Of a stretch of DNA of 64,000 bases, positions 49,163 to 59,186 are shown in pieces. The stretch comes from an uncultured Verrucomicrobiota bacterium (GTDB lineage Bacteria > Verrucomicrobiota > Kiritimatiellia > CAIKKV01 > CAITUY01). The first letter of the stretch is position 1. Each line of letters begins with the position of its first letter. The notes under the pieces are model-generated. The model saw nothing but the letters and a program-made list of their open reading frames with translations, searched no databases and was not told the DNA's origin. The stretch spans positions 1,847 through 65,846 of the forward strand of contig CAZTAJ010000007.1 in NCBI GenBank assembly GCA_964611575.1. The letters run 5' to 3'. Both the position numbers and the translations under genes were made by a program.

Positions 49163-49364
49163 ACGCGGCGGCGGCCTCCAATTCCTCGTTGGTCGTCGAA
49201 TAGTCGCTCTTGCCTTCCATGACGCACTGGATCAACCGGCGTTTCCTGACATTGCGCAGGTAGTCGTGAAGGGCCTGGCAGACGGCTGGCGATTTCTTCG
49301 ACACACCCGTCAGATGCTGAATCGAACGCATCGTTCTATCATCAATGTTTACAGTAATCCTCAT
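49149..49364 (-). CDS. vapB: VapB antitoxin
   Basis: MRITVNIDD RHH-like start; overlaps vapC. Confidence 0.85.
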   Translation of the reverse strand: MRITVNIDDRTMRSIQHLTGVSKKSPAVCQALHDYLRNVRKRRLIQCVMEGKSDYSTTNEELEAAAAYDPH

Positions 49365-49480
49365 CGTCCATTCCCTCATATACAATCAAAGTTATCATCT
49401 TTTATGGCATTTGATTGCATCATCGTCAAGCATGAGAACAATTCCCCGGCAGACAGGGTCGCCACAACGGAACGTTGTTC

Positions 49481-51748
49481 CTACCGGACTTCAAACTCTT
49501 TTCTAAACACGGCCACGGACTTATTCGCCGGCCACTGGGTGGACACCCATACACCCAGAGGCTTGGCCTGCATGTCGACGAAGGGATGGGGCGACGTCCA
49601 GATGTGCGGCGGCATCGGAGGGCCTTCCACCATGCTATTGCCGGTGTAGGCCCACGTACGGGTATCGAATCCGGGCCGTTGCCAGGCATCGCCGGCCGGC
49701 CGGAACTCGAATTGCCAGTCACCGTCCGTCATGACATACCCCTGGTGGGTGCGCAGGCAGGCTTGGACCCACTCCGGATACTGCTTGTGCCGCGATTCGA
49801 TGGCCAACACGTGGGCTCCGCGTCCAAGGGTTACGGGGGCGATGCCGAAGGCCTGGGGATCGTTCACTTCCACCACCACCCGGTCATCAACAAAGCCGCG
49901 GGCCTGATTGACGCAAAACAGGCTCATCAACGCGTTGGTCGGGCTCTCGTGGAACCACAGCAGCAGCTCCGCGTACTTGACGGCGGCGGGATCCTTCTCC
50001 GTGGCGGCAAACTGCCGATAGAGCGGCCGCGCCGCGTCAATGCCGTCCAATTGTTCGAGGTAGGCAATCTGTCGCAATCGAAGCATCGGCACAAACGGTA
50101 CGTTGACGTTCTTATTCAGATAACGATCGATGGCCTGATACGCCCGCCGGTAGTCACCGAAACGCTCATAGTTGGCCAGATCCAGCATGATGGTGCCCTG
50201 CTCCATCGGGTCCGAGGGAAGCGCCCTGCGTTCCGACGTGGCTTCGGCGGATGGCGCCGCGGCCGGTTTGTCGAGATAGTAGAACGCCACGCTTTCCATA
50301 AGCCCGTGGCTGGCCTGATCCGGCCCCCGCTCGAATTGGACATCGACGCTGGAAACAAAAGCCGGCGCGTCTTCCGTATGTATCCTGTACTGCACGGTAC
50401 GGAACGGCGATTTGAAGACCAGGCCATGCAGCGGCCGGGTCAGGTTGTTCTTGTAGTACCAGGCGCAGTTGAAATAGTCCTCCAGCCCGGTCCCCCGCCA
50501 TTGAGGCGTTGCCGCCCCATCGGTCCTGATCGTTTCATCCCCCTCCAATAACCACCAGGTTCGGTCAAAGTTGATCACGCCCAGCAGGCAGCCCACGTAC
50601 TTGCCTCTGCCCTGCGCTTGCAGGACCGAATGCGGCCGACCGGTCTCGGTGGGCTCGGTCCGGCTCCAGGAGGCGTGGAAGTAACCGGGCGAAGAGAGCC
50701 TGTCAGAAGGAGATGGGTGGCAAGTGGAAGTCGAACACTGAACGCTCACCTCGGTCTTCGCCAGATTCTCGATCTCGATCCGCGCATTCTTCTTGAATGG
50801 CATCGGGAACCGACAGGCAAACACCCCGTTGCTCAACCCGAAGAACCGTGATTCGAAAGACGGCGAGAACCACAGGTCACCGCACAGGGGCCCCAATGGC
50901 ACGGTCACACTCGCCTGGGCCGCGTCGTCCCATGTGATCCGGACGAGCAGATCGCGCGACGACACCACCGCATTTGAATCCACAGCCGTAAAGGAAAACT
51001 CAAGGCCGTTCAGGACGGCCGGCCCCGGAATCGCCTCGAACGCCCGACGCTGGCCCGGCGGCACGACAATCTGCCCTCTGCCCACTGCCCTCTGCCCGAT
51101 GCCCTCTGCCCACTCCCACGTCGCGGCATATCGCTCGAGGGCGGCCAGGTGTTCGGGGGCCAGGCGCGCGGGAAATGACTCGACCGATTGTTCCGCTGTC
51201 GTCCGGGCCCAGTTAAGTTGGTAGAACAACCGGGGGCCCCCTTGGCGCGAGAAGTCCGCCCCGTCTGCAAGGATTCGCAGACGCTTGTTGAACGTCAGCG
51301 GGACATAGCACCACCAACAGGACTGCTCGTAACGACACAGCGGCGGCACCAATCCGGGGGCCTTGCCTTTCTGCAACTCACTCACGGTCGCATCGATTCG
51401 GGGCGTCTTCTCGTTATCGAAGAAGAACTGCAGTCGCTGCTTGGCGTCTTTGCCGCCGGTTGTCCAGAAACGCGTGACAACCCCCGGGCCCTTGAGATCC
51501 GCCAGAACAGCCCAGCCGTCCGACCCCTTGTCGGTGAAGTTGTTGAAGTCGTCGTTGCCCCCCGAACGGTCGAACGACGAAATCAATGTCGATGAGGGCA
51601 CGTCCAGACGCGCCATCCGATCCGGGGTGGTCAGGGTCGACAAGAACTGCCCATAACCAAGAGAGGGGCGCCGGTCGCCGCACCCCGTCAGCAAGGCAAC
51701 AGCAGCCAGTATGACGCCAGTCCCGACAAACCGTTGAATCGGTCTCAT
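49481..51748 (-). CDS. DUF2961 (GH172-like) lipoprotein with a C-terminal extension
   Basis: Lipobox LLTGC; SSFDRSGGNDD, GPGVVTRFW, YFHASW, EGDE and GTGLEDYFN. Confidence 0.82.
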   Translation of the reverse strand: MRPIQRFVGTGVILAAVALLTGCGDRRPSLGYGQFLSTLTTPDRMARLDVPSSTLISSFDRSGGNDDFNNFTDKGSDGWAVLADLKGPGVVTRFWTTGGKDAKQRLQFFFDNEKTPRIDATVSELQKGKAPGLVPPLCRYEQSCWWCYVPLTFNKRLRILADGADFSRQGGPRLFYQLNWARTTAEQSVESFPARLAPEHLAALERYAATWEWAEGIGQRAVGRGQIVVPPGQRRAFEAIPGPAVLNGLEFSFTAVDSNAVVSSRDLLVRITWDDAAQASVTVPLGPLCGDLWFSPSFESRFFGLSNGVFACRFPMPFKKNARIEIENLAKTEVSVQCSTSTCHPSPSDRLSSPGYFHASWSRTEPTETGRPHSVLQAQGRGKYVGCLLGVINFDRTWWLLEGDETIRTDGAATPQWRGTGLEDYFNCAWYYKNNLTRPLHGLVFKSPFRTVQYRIHTEDAPAFVSSVDVQFERGPDQASHGLMESVAFYYLDKPAAAPSAEATSERRALPSDPMEQGTIMLDLANYERFGDYRRAYQAIDRYLNKNVNVPFVPMLRLRQIAYLEQLDGIDAARPLYRQFAATEKDPAAVKYAELLLWFHESPTNALMSLFCVNQARGFVDDRVVVEVNDPQAFGIAPVTLGRGAHVLAIESRHKQYPEWVQACLRTHQGYVMTDGDWQFEFRPAGDAWQRPGFDTRTWAYTGNSMVEGPPMPPHIWTSPHPFVDMQAKPLGVWVSTQWPANKSVAVFRKEFEVR
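51071..51112. repeat. In-frame heptamer array, 6 x 7 bp
   Basis: ctgccct-ctgccca-ctgccct-ctgcccg-atgccct-ctgccca. Confidence 0.88.
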
Positions 51749-51830
51749 GGATTCGGTCTCCTTATACCTGCTAATCATGCACCGCGCCGCGTGACGGGCA
51801 CAAGCAAAAGCACATGCCTCACTCACACCC

Positions 51831-51915
51831 TGTGGGCGCGCCACCCCGTGGCGCGCGCCTGCGCACCCCCCCACCTCCCACCTTCCGCCCCCCTCCCCCC
51901 TTGCACCTTCCATCC
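51831..51915. repeat. REP-like palindrome followed by a degenerate C-rich heptamer array
   Basis: GCGCGCCAC-ccc-GTGGCGCGC (51836-51856), then acctccc-accttcc-gcccccc-tcccccc. Confidence 0.6.
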
Positions 51916-52001
51916 TGTGGCGCTCCCCACAAATCACTGGTTTGCAGCCTTTCCATGCGTTAAACTTCAACCACTTTTGCCATTCAGGACAAGGGGAATT
52001 G

Positions 52002-53045
52002 ATGGGCGACTTTGTCTCATTCGTCATACCAACGCTGAATTCCGAGCCGATCCTGGCCCAGTGCCTGAAATCCATCCGCATGCAGGACGTCGCTCCCGAC
52101 TGCTATGAAATCCTCATAGCCGACGGCGGTTCAGCCGACCGCACGGTAGAGGTGGCGGCCCAACACGGCTGTCGCCTGATCGAGGCCAGGGGTCTGCTGG
52201 CCGAAGAGGCGAAGAAGGCGGCGTTCGCCCAAGCCAAGGGCGACTACATCGCCCTCGTCGATACGGACAACGAAGTGGCAAACGCCGACTGGTTACGCCG
52301 GGCACTCGACGCCCTCCACCAGCACCCCGACGCGCTGGGCTTCGAATCCTACTACTTGAAGCACCCCCTCGACACGCACCTGAACCGCCTCCTCACCACG
52401 GACATCCTGGGAACGGACCCCTGCGCCCGCAGCATGTCGAGCGAATTGCGCCTCCTGGAACGGGGCGCCGATGGCGTTGAAGTGTTCGAATTGCCGGCCA
52501 ATGGCGCCTACCCAACAGGGGCCAACGGATTCATTTTCCGCAAGGAACTGTTGAAAAGCGTCGACCCGAATGAGCCCTATCATGAGGCGGCCTTCTTCCC
52601 CACGCTCATTCACCAAGGCAGGCGCAAACTGCTCAAGGTCCAGGGCAGCGGCGTCTACCACCATTACGTGCGTGGATTCGGCGACTTCCTCCGTAAACGC
52701 CGACGCAACACCATCAACTACATGATGCGCAAGCAGGAAGTCTCCGTCACCTGGGATAGTGAGTCGTTCCCCTGGCGCAAACTGTGGGCGCTGGCCTATA
52801 ACGGAACGTTCGTGGGCCCCTGCCTGGAGGGTGTGTTCAAGGCGATCGCCCGGCGCAGCGCCGAGTGGCTGCTCTATCCGGTCGTCGCCTTCGTATCCGC
52901 GTTCGGGGTTGCAGTCGGCCTGGTCGACTATTGGCGCACGGGCTCCCAGGAAGGGGCGAAGCGCATGTCCATGCGACTCGGCGCCGAAATGCACCGCACC
53001 GGCCAGGCCGGAGGTCGTCCATGCCGGACCGATTGCGGACGTTGA
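52002..53045 (+). CDS. Glycosyltransferase family 2
   Basis: VSFVIPTLNS, ADGGSADRT and DTD (DxD) motif. Confidence 0.88.
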   Translation: MGDFVSFVIPTLNSEPILAQCLKSIRMQDVAPDCYEILIADGGSADRTVEVAAQHGCRLIEARGLLAEEAKKAAFAQAKGDYIALVDTDNEVANADWLRRALDALHQHPDALGFESYYLKHPLDTHLNRLLTTDILGTDPCARSMSSELRLLERGADGVEVFELPANGAYPTGANGFIFRKELLKSVDPNEPYHEAAFFPTLIHQGRRKLLKVQGSGVYHHYVRGFGDFLRKRRRNTINYMMRKQEVSVTWDSESFPWRKLWALAYNGTFVGPCLEGVFKAIARRSAEWLLYPVVAFVSAFGVAVGLVDYWRTGSQEGAKRMSMRLGAEMHRTGQAGGRPCRTDCGR

Positions 53046-53115
53046 CGTTACCGCTATTGTGTGGGATTTTCATGTGACAGGGCGACGTCTCAAGAAACCC
53101 GCCGGGAGTCGAAAG

Positions 53116-54105
53116 ATGCTATTGGGAACGAAGGTCAAACGTGTGTTCGTAACCGGAGGCGCCGGGTTCATCGGCAGTCATGTTGTGGACCTCCTCATGC
53201 GCCAGGGATACGAGACGCGGGCTTACGACAATCTTTCCAACGGGCACCAGGAGTTCATCCAGCAGCATATCGGCCGTCCGGGCTTTGATTTCGTCAAGGC
53301 CGATCTGGGCGACATGGACCGGCTCGCCGAAGCAATGGCCGGGTATGACCTGGTGTGGCATCTGGCGGCCAATACGGACATTATCGGCGGGGCGGAACAG
53401 CCGCGTCGCGACCTGCGCGACTGCGTCATCGGCACATTCAATGTCCTTGAGGCCATGCGGGCGAATGGCATTCGTGATGTTCTGTTTTCATCGACCGGCG
53501 CCGTCTACGGGGACCTCTGCGCGGAGACGGCCCGGGACGAGTCGTGCGGGCCCCTGTTGCCTGTATCGACCTATGCGGCCGGCAAGATCGGAAGCGAAGC
53601 CTTCGTGTCATCGTTTTGTCACCTGTACGGTCTGCACGCCTGGATCTTCCGCTTCGGCAACGTGATTGGAGCGCGCATGACACATGGCGTGATCTTCGAT
53701 TTCGTCCGGCGGCTGACGGCCAACCCTCGTGAATTGCTGATCAAGGGCGACGGCCGGCAGGAGAAGAACTACTTCCTGGTCGAGGAGTGCATCGCGGGCA
53801 TGGCGCATGCTTTTCGGGAAGTCGCCATGACCGGCGACGCCCCGTGCGATATATTCAATCTGGGCACATCTTCGATCACCCGGGTGGTCGACCTCGCAGA
53901 GATCGTCAAGGCGGAGATGAACCTGCCTGAGGCACGGATTGTCATCGAAGGGACGCGGCGGGCTTGGCCCGGCGATCAGCCGCGGGTCCATATCTCCGTC
54001 GACAAGATCGAGCGACATGGGTGGCGGGCGCGGCTGACATCGAACGAGGCGGTTCATGTGGCCGTCCGCAGAATGCTCGGCAAAGACGACGGGATAGTAG
54101 GATGA
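53116..54105 (+). CDS. NAD-dependent nucleotide-sugar epimerase/dehydratase
   Basis: TGGAGFIGSH, SSTGAVYG, YAAGK and RFGNVIG. Confidence 0.92.
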   Translation: MLLGTKVKRVFVTGGAGFIGSHVVDLLMRQGYETRAYDNLSNGHQEFIQQHIGRPGFDFVKADLGDMDRLAEAMAGYDLVWHLAANTDIIGGAEQPRRDLRDCVIGTFNVLEAMRANGIRDVLFSSTGAVYGDLCAETARDESCGPLLPVSTYAAGKIGSEAFVSSFCHLYGLHAWIFRFGNVIGARMTHGVIFDFVRRLTANPRELLIKGDGRQEKNYFLVEECIAGMAHAFREVAMTGDAPCDIFNLGTSSITRVVDLAEIVKAEMNLPEARIVIEGTRRAWPGDQPRVHISVDKIERHGWRARLTSNEAVHVAVRRMLGKDDGIVG

Positions 54106-54120
54106 AGGGACTTTAGGACC

Positions 54121-54723
54121 ATGGAATTCATTGCCAGACACCTGGACGAGACACAGCGCATCGTGCGACAGTTGGACCCTCAGGCCATTCGCCGGGTGGT
54201 CGACCTTCTGGTTGACCTGCGGCAGCGTGGAGGCCGTCTATTCCTCCTGGGGGTGGGCGGAAGCGCCGCCAACTGCTCGCATGCCGTGAACGATTTCAGG
54301 AAGCTGACCGGAATCGAGGCCTACGCGCCCACGGACAATGTCTCGGAACTGACCGCCCGCATCAACGATGAGGGGTGGGCCGGCGTGTTTGTCGGCTGGC
54401 TCAAAGCAAGCCGGCTCAAAGCAGACGACATGATCTTCATCATGTCCGTGGGGGGCGGGGACTTGGAGAGGAATGTCAGTCCGAACCTGGTTGAGGCGCT
54501 CACCTACGCCAAGGATGTGGGCGCCCGAATCGTGGGGATTGTGGGCCGAAACGGCGGGTATACGGCGAAGGTGGCCACCGCCTGTGTGATTGTCCCGACG
54601 GTCAATCCGGAGTCGGTGACGCCTCATACGGAGGCTTTCCAAGCCGTGGTGTGGCACTTGATCGTATCCCATCCCGCGCTTAAGTCCGCGGCCACGAAGT
54701 GGGAATCGGTGGCCGGTAAATGA
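54121..54723 (+). CDS. SIS-domain phosphosugar isomerase, GmhA-like
   Basis: GVGGSAANCSH, TARINDEG and GRNGG; genomic context. Confidence 0.82.
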   Translation: MEFIARHLDETQRIVRQLDPQAIRRVVDLLVDLRQRGGRLFLLGVGGSAANCSHAVNDFRKLTGIEAYAPTDNVSELTARINDEGWAGVFVGWLKASRLKADDMIFIMSVGGGDLERNVSPNLVEALTYAKDVGARIVGIVGRNGGYTAKVATACVIVPTVNPESVTPHTEAFQAVVWHLIVSHPALKSAATKWESVAGK

Positions 54724-54733
54724 GGGGAGAGGA

Positions 54734-55504
54734 GTGGCGGCTATGAACACGGCGGGCGACAAGCACGAAACGACGGGCGGCGGCACGATCCCACCGCTTC
54801 AGGATCTGAAGGTCAAAATCTTCTCCGATGGGGCGGACCTGGATTCGATCATCGCGGCATACAACCGGAAACTGGTCAAAGGCTTCACAACCAACCCGAC
54901 CCTGATGTGCAAGGCCGGCGTCACCAACTACATCACCTTCGCACGGGAAGTGCTCCGGGTCGTCCCCGACCTGCCGGTCTCTTTCGAGGTCTTCTCGGAC
55001 GACTTTGAGGGCATGCGGCGGCAGGCGGCCAAACTGGCGGAGTTGGGCGACAATGTGTATGTGAAGATCCCCGTCACGAACACCAAACGCGAATCCGCCG
55101 CCCCCTTGATTCGCGACTTGGCCAAAGCAGGACTGAAGCTCAACATCACGGCCATGCTCTCGTTGAGGCAGGTCCGGGAGGTCGCCGCCGCGTTGAACCC
55201 CGCCGTGCCGGCATTCGTCTCCGTGTTTGCGGGACGCATCGCCGACAGCGGCCGTGATCCGCTGCCGATCATGAAGGAGGCGCTGAGCATCCTGCGTCCC
55301 TTCCCCGTCGCCGAGTTGATCTGGGCCAGCCCACGCGAGGCCTTGAACCTGATCCAGGCGAACGACATCGGGTGTCACATCATCACCATTACCCCGGACT
55401 TGCTGGCCAAGGCCGCCAATTTCGGCAAGGACCTCGAGGAGTACTCGCTGGACACGGTGAAGATGTTTTACAACGATGCCGTCAAGAGTGGCTTCAGTAT
55501 CTAG
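54734..55504 (+). CDS. tal: Transaldolase (small TalC/FSA-type)
   Basis: GFTTNPTL, SFEVF, YVKIP Schiff-base lysine, SVFAGRI and WASPRE. Confidence 0.9.
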   Translation: MAAMNTAGDKHETTGGGTIPPLQDLKVKIFSDGADLDSIIAAYNRKLVKGFTTNPTLMCKAGVTNYITFAREVLRVVPDLPVSFEVFSDDFEGMRRQAAKLAELGDNVYVKIPVTNTKRESAAPLIRDLAKAGLKLNITAMLSLRQVREVAAALNPAVPAFVSVFAGRIADSGRDPLPIMKEALSILRPFPVAELIWASPREALNLIQANDIGCHIITITPDLLAKAANFGKDLEEYSLDTVKMFYNDAVKSGFSI

Positions 55505-55515
55505 GAGTACACCCC

Positions 55516-56553
55516 ATGATTATCACACGCACACCCTTTCGCATCACCCTTGGAGGCGGTGGCACGGACCTTCCATCGTTCTACGAACAGCACGGCGGCT
55601 TCGTGTTCACGATGGCCATCAACAAGTTCATGTACGTGTTCCTGCACCGGTTACCAGTGACGGAACGGAGATCGATCATCCGCTACTCGCAAGTTGAGTA
55701 CGTGAACAGCTATGAAGAGATCAAGCACCCCCTGGCGCGCGAGGTGTTGCGATTGCACGACGTCCGGGAATACATCGAACTGAGCAGCATGGCCGACCTG
55801 CCGGCGCGCACAGGGCTGGGATCCTCGGGTGCCTATCTCGTCGGCCTGCTGGCCGCCGTGCGGGCGTACCGGAGGAAGTCCATTGAACCGGCCGAGATCG
55901 CGGAAGAAGCCTGCCGGATCGAGATGGACATCCTGAAGGAGGCGGTGGGCAAGCAGGATCAGTATATCGCGGCCTTTGGCGGCTTCCGGACACTCGAGAT
56001 CGACAAACAGGGCCACGTCGAGGTGGGAACCGTGCCCGTGGACTTCATGATGGCCGCCGAACTCGCCCAGAAAGCCCGCGTCTACTATACCGGCATCCAG
56101 CGTTCGGCAACCGCCGTGCTCAAGAATCAGGATGACGCCGCCCGGAAAAAGTCGTCCGGGGACCATGCCCGGGTGATCGACAACCTCTGCCGCATCAAGG
56201 ACCTGGGGCGAGAGATCTGCCAGGCATTCAAGAACCGCGATCTGGACGCCTTCGGCCGGCTCATGGATGAGCATTGGCAATGCAAACGCAACATGTCAAA
56301 GATGATCACCCTCTCCGTCCTGGAGGACCTCTACGCCAACCTGAAAAAGGACTTCGGGGTGCTGGGCGGGAAGTTGATCGGCGCGGGCGGCGGCGGCTTC
56401 TTCATGCTCTATTGCCCGACCCGGGGGCGCGAACTGGATGAGTTCATGGCAAAGCAGGGCATGCCGCGCGTCAGCTTCTTCCCCTCTCTCAAAGGGGTCA
56501 GCCTGGTCAGCGATATGACTGAACTCGACGACTTTGATGCTCAAGTCGGATAG
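55516..56553 (+). CDS. GHMP sugar-phosphate kinase, HddA-like
   Basis: RTPFRITLGGGGTD, GLGSSG, GKQDQY and GAGGGGF. Confidence 0.9.
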   Translation: MIITRTPFRITLGGGGTDLPSFYEQHGGFVFTMAINKFMYVFLHRLPVTERRSIIRYSQVEYVNSYEEIKHPLAREVLRLHDVREYIELSSMADLPARTGLGSSGAYLVGLLAAVRAYRRKSIEPAEIAEEACRIEMDILKEAVGKQDQYIAAFGGFRTLEIDKQGHVEVGTVPVDFMMAAELAQKARVYYTGIQRSATAVLKNQDDAARKKSSGDHARVIDNLCRIKDLGREICQAFKNRDLDAFGRLMDEHWQCKRNMSKMITLSVLEDLYANLKKDFGVLGGKLIGAGGGGFFMLYCPTRGRELDEFMAKQGMPRVSFFPSLKGVSLVSDMTELDDFDAQVG

Positions 56554-56563
56554 GCGGGCCGAG

Positions 56564-57277
56564 ATGATGCAGGTTGTGATCCTCGCCGGTGGTCTCGGGA
56601 CTCGCCTGAGAAACGTGGCCCCGAATGTGCCGAAATCGCTGGTGCCCGTGGCGGGACGCCCCTTTGTGGACCACCAATTGGCCCTATTGCGGCAACAGGG
56701 GTTCACCCGTGTCCTGATGTGCGTGGGCCATGGCGCCGACCTGATCGAACGGCACGTCGGGAACGGGCAGGCCAGCGGGGTCACGGTCACGTTCTCCCGC
56801 GAAGACCCGGCTCGTCTGCTGGGCACCGGCGGCGCCTTGATCAACGCGCTGCCGCTGTTGGAGGACGAGTTCCTGGTCCTGTATGGCGATTCGTACCTGC
56901 CCACGGACTACGCGGCGATCGTCCGGGCCTTCCGGGAAAGCGGCTGCCCAGCCCTGATGAGCGTCTATCGCAACCAGGGCCGGTGGGACCGCAGCAACGT
57001 GCGCGTGGCCGATGGTCGCGTGGTGTTCTACTCCAAGTCAGCCGAAGCGGCTGAGGTGGACTGCATCGACTACGGACTATCCGCCTACCGACGGCACGTT
57101 CTGGAAGCGTTGCGTGGGACTCCGCTGCCGCTCGATCTGGCAGCGCTGCAGCGGGACTTGGTGGCGCGCGGAGAGATGGCGGCCCATGTGGTGCCTGATC
57201 GTTTCTACGAAATCGGCAAACCGGAAGGGTTGGCTGAAGTTGACCGTCTGCTGAGCGTTGCCGGAGTCGCACCATGA
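56564..57277 (+). CDS. Sugar-1-phosphate nucleotidyltransferase, HddC-like
   Basis: LAGGLGTRL, PKSL, LGTGGAL, YGDSY and YEIG. Confidence 0.9.
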   Translation: MMQVVILAGGLGTRLRNVAPNVPKSLVPVAGRPFVDHQLALLRQQGFTRVLMCVGHGADLIERHVGNGQASGVTVTFSREDPARLLGTGGALINALPLLEDEFLVLYGDSYLPTDYAAIVRAFRESGCPALMSVYRNQGRWDRSNVRVADGRVVFYSKSAEAAEVDCIDYGLSAYRRHVLEALRGTPLPLDLAALQRDLVARGEMAAHVVPDRFYEIGKPEGLAEVDRLLSVAGVAP

Positions 57278-57894
57278 AACCCGCACTGTTCATTGACCGG
57301 GATGGCACCCTGAACGAGATGGTATACGACGAAACGCACGGCCTGCTGGATTCGCCGCGCCGGCCGGAACAGGTCAGGATGATCGCGGGTGCCGGTCGAT
57401 TCCTCCGGGAAGTGCGAGGCCTGGGATACCTGATCATCGTGGCGACCAATCAGCCCGGAATCGCGAAAGGCACGCTGACCGTCGAGGAACTGGAAGCCGT
57501 GAATGCCCGGCTGAAGGCCCAGTTGGAGAATGAAGGAGGCCGGTGGGACGATCTGTTCTATTGTCCCCACCACCCGGCGGGCGACACGATCGCGAGGCCG
57601 GAATTTGCCGTGGCATGTAAATGCAGGAAACCGATGCCAGGCATGCTTCTGGAGGCCGCCCGCAAATGGGCTATCGACCTGCCCCGCAGTTGGATGATCG
57701 GGGACGGGCTGAACGACATTGAGTGCGGCCAGTCGGCAGGCGTACGGACGGCCCTCGTGACTCAACTCAAGATCGAGCACATCGAACGTTTTCTTGCATG
57801 GAAGCAGGGGCCACCGACACGAATCGCAGGAACGCTGGAAACCCTGCTCCCGGACCTCCAAGAATCGATCTCTGGCTCACTTGTGTTGACCTGA
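57274..57894 (+). CDS. HAD sugar-bisphosphate phosphatase, GmhB-like
   Basis: DRDGTLN, TNQPG, CPHH...CKCRKP and IGD. Confidence 0.9.
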   Translation: MKPALFIDRDGTLNEMVYDETHGLLDSPRRPEQVRMIAGAGRFLREVRGLGYLIIVATNQPGIAKGTLTVEELEAVNARLKAQLENEGGRWDDLFYCPHHPAGDTIARPEFAVACKCRKPMPGMLLEAARKWAIDLPRSWMIGDGLNDIECGQSAGVRTALVTQLKIEHIERFLAWKQGPPTRIAGTLETLLPDLQESISGSLVLT

Positions 57895-57967
57895 GCACCC
57901 TGAAGCAAGCACCGACCGTCATCGCCCTGCTTCCACGTGCCAATCTTCCCGTCCGCCACAAAGCCGG

Positions 57968-58013
57968 TTGACCTCACACATGTATCGGTTATTATGGAAT
58001 GGTAACTTCCATA
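57968..58013 (+). promoter_or_regulatory. Putative promoter with an overlapping palindromic operator
   Basis: TTGACC-16 bp-TATTAT, overlapped by TATGGAA-N7-TTCCATA (57993-58013). Confidence 0.5.
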
Positions 58014-58025
58014 TTGAGGCGCAAA

Positions 58026-59186
58026 ATGGAATCAGTTGGTCGATTTCTGGCAAGCCCGGAGCGGAGCTTCTTTCTCTTTGGCCCGCGCGGGACGGGCAAG
58101 ACTACCTGGCTCAAACAGCAGTTCCCGGATGCCCTCCGAGTCGATCTGCTTGAGCCTGACGATCTTCGCGCTTTCAGTGCCAAACCTGAGCGCCTGCGTG
58201 ATCTCGTCTTGGCAAACCCCGACCGAAAGGTGTTGATCATCGACGAGGTTCAACGACTCCCCGACCTCTTAAGCGTTGTGCATGCCCTTATCGAGTCCGA
58301 TCAGTCCCGTGTATTTGTATTAACAGGGTCGAGTGCACGGAAACTGAAACGCACGGGCGTGGACCTGCTCGCGGGCCGCGCCGTGGTTCGTAATATGCAC
58401 CCGTTCATGGCCGCCGAACTGGGCGACCGATTCGATCTGACACGCGCCCTGAAAACCGGGCTCGTCCCGATTGTTGAGGCGTCGGACACGCCGCAGGATG
58501 TGCTGAATTCCTATGTGGGTCTCTACATTCGTGAGGAAGTGATGGCGGAGGGGTTGGTTCGCAATGTCGGTGCGTTCGCGCGCTTTCTGGAATCGATGGC
58601 CTTCGCCCACGCCTCGATGCTCAACATCGCCAATGTGGCTCGGGAGTGTCAGGTTGAGCGCAAAGTTGCCGAAGGGTACGTCGGCATCATGGAGGACTTG
58701 CTGCTGGGATACCGCCTGCCTGTGTTCACGAAACGGGCTCAGCGGGCCCTGGTCACCCATCCCAAGTTCTACTTTTTCGACGCCGGGATATATCGGTCCT
58801 TGCGGGCGACCGGCCCTCTGGACCGTTCGGAGGAGATTGACGGGCACGCGCTCGTGGGACTACTGGCACAGCACCTCCGCGCCTGGATTGCCTACAGCGG
58901 CGGAGGCAACCAGTTGTTCTTCTGGCGCACTCGCCATGGCGTTGAGATCGATTTCGTGGTGTATGGCGCCTCGGGATTTTGGGCGCTGGAAGTGAAGAAC
59001 GCAGACCGACTCTACCCGGCCGACACAAAACCGCTGCGCTCTTTCCTCGAAGAATACCCGGAATGCAGGCCTATTTTGCTCTACCGTGGCAAGGACCGGC
59101 TTATGTTGGACGGTGTGTTGTGTGTGCCCTGCGCCGACTTTCTGAGGCAACTCCACCCCAACCGACCCCTGATGTCAGACCATTAA
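58026..59186 (+). CDS. AAA_14 ATPase with DUF4143 and a C-terminal PD-(D/E)xK-like domain
   Basis: GPRGTGKTT, IDEVQR, LTGSS, PKFYFFDAG and EIDFV...LEVK. An alternative ATG lies at 57999. Confidence 0.9.
   Translation: MESVGRFLASPERSFFLFGPRGTGKTTWLKQQFPDALRVDLLEPDDLRAFSAKPERLRDLVLANPDRKVLIIDEVQRLPDLLSVVHALIESDQSRVFVLTGSSARKLKRTGVDLLAGRAVVRNMHPFMAAELGDRFDLTRALKTGLVPIVEASDTPQDVLNSYVGLYIREEVMAEGLVRNVGAFARFLESMAFAHASMLNIANVARECQVERKVAEGYVGIMEDLLLGYRLPVFTKRAQRALVTHPKFYFFDAGIYRSLRATGPLDRSEEIDGHALVGLLAQHLRAWIAYSGGGNQLFFWRTRHGVEIDFVVYGASGFWALEVKNADRLYPADTKPLRSFLEEYPECRPILLYRGKDRLMLDGVLCVPCADFLRQLHPNRPLMSDH

Noticed and set aside
51749-52081. N-terminal extensions in the ORF track (DUF2961 from 52081; likewise amrBA from 47176, barrel from 32736, epimerase from 52759, kinase from 55372)
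   Set aside because: They overlap neighbouring genes or repeats; downstream starts match signal peptides or family N-termini.
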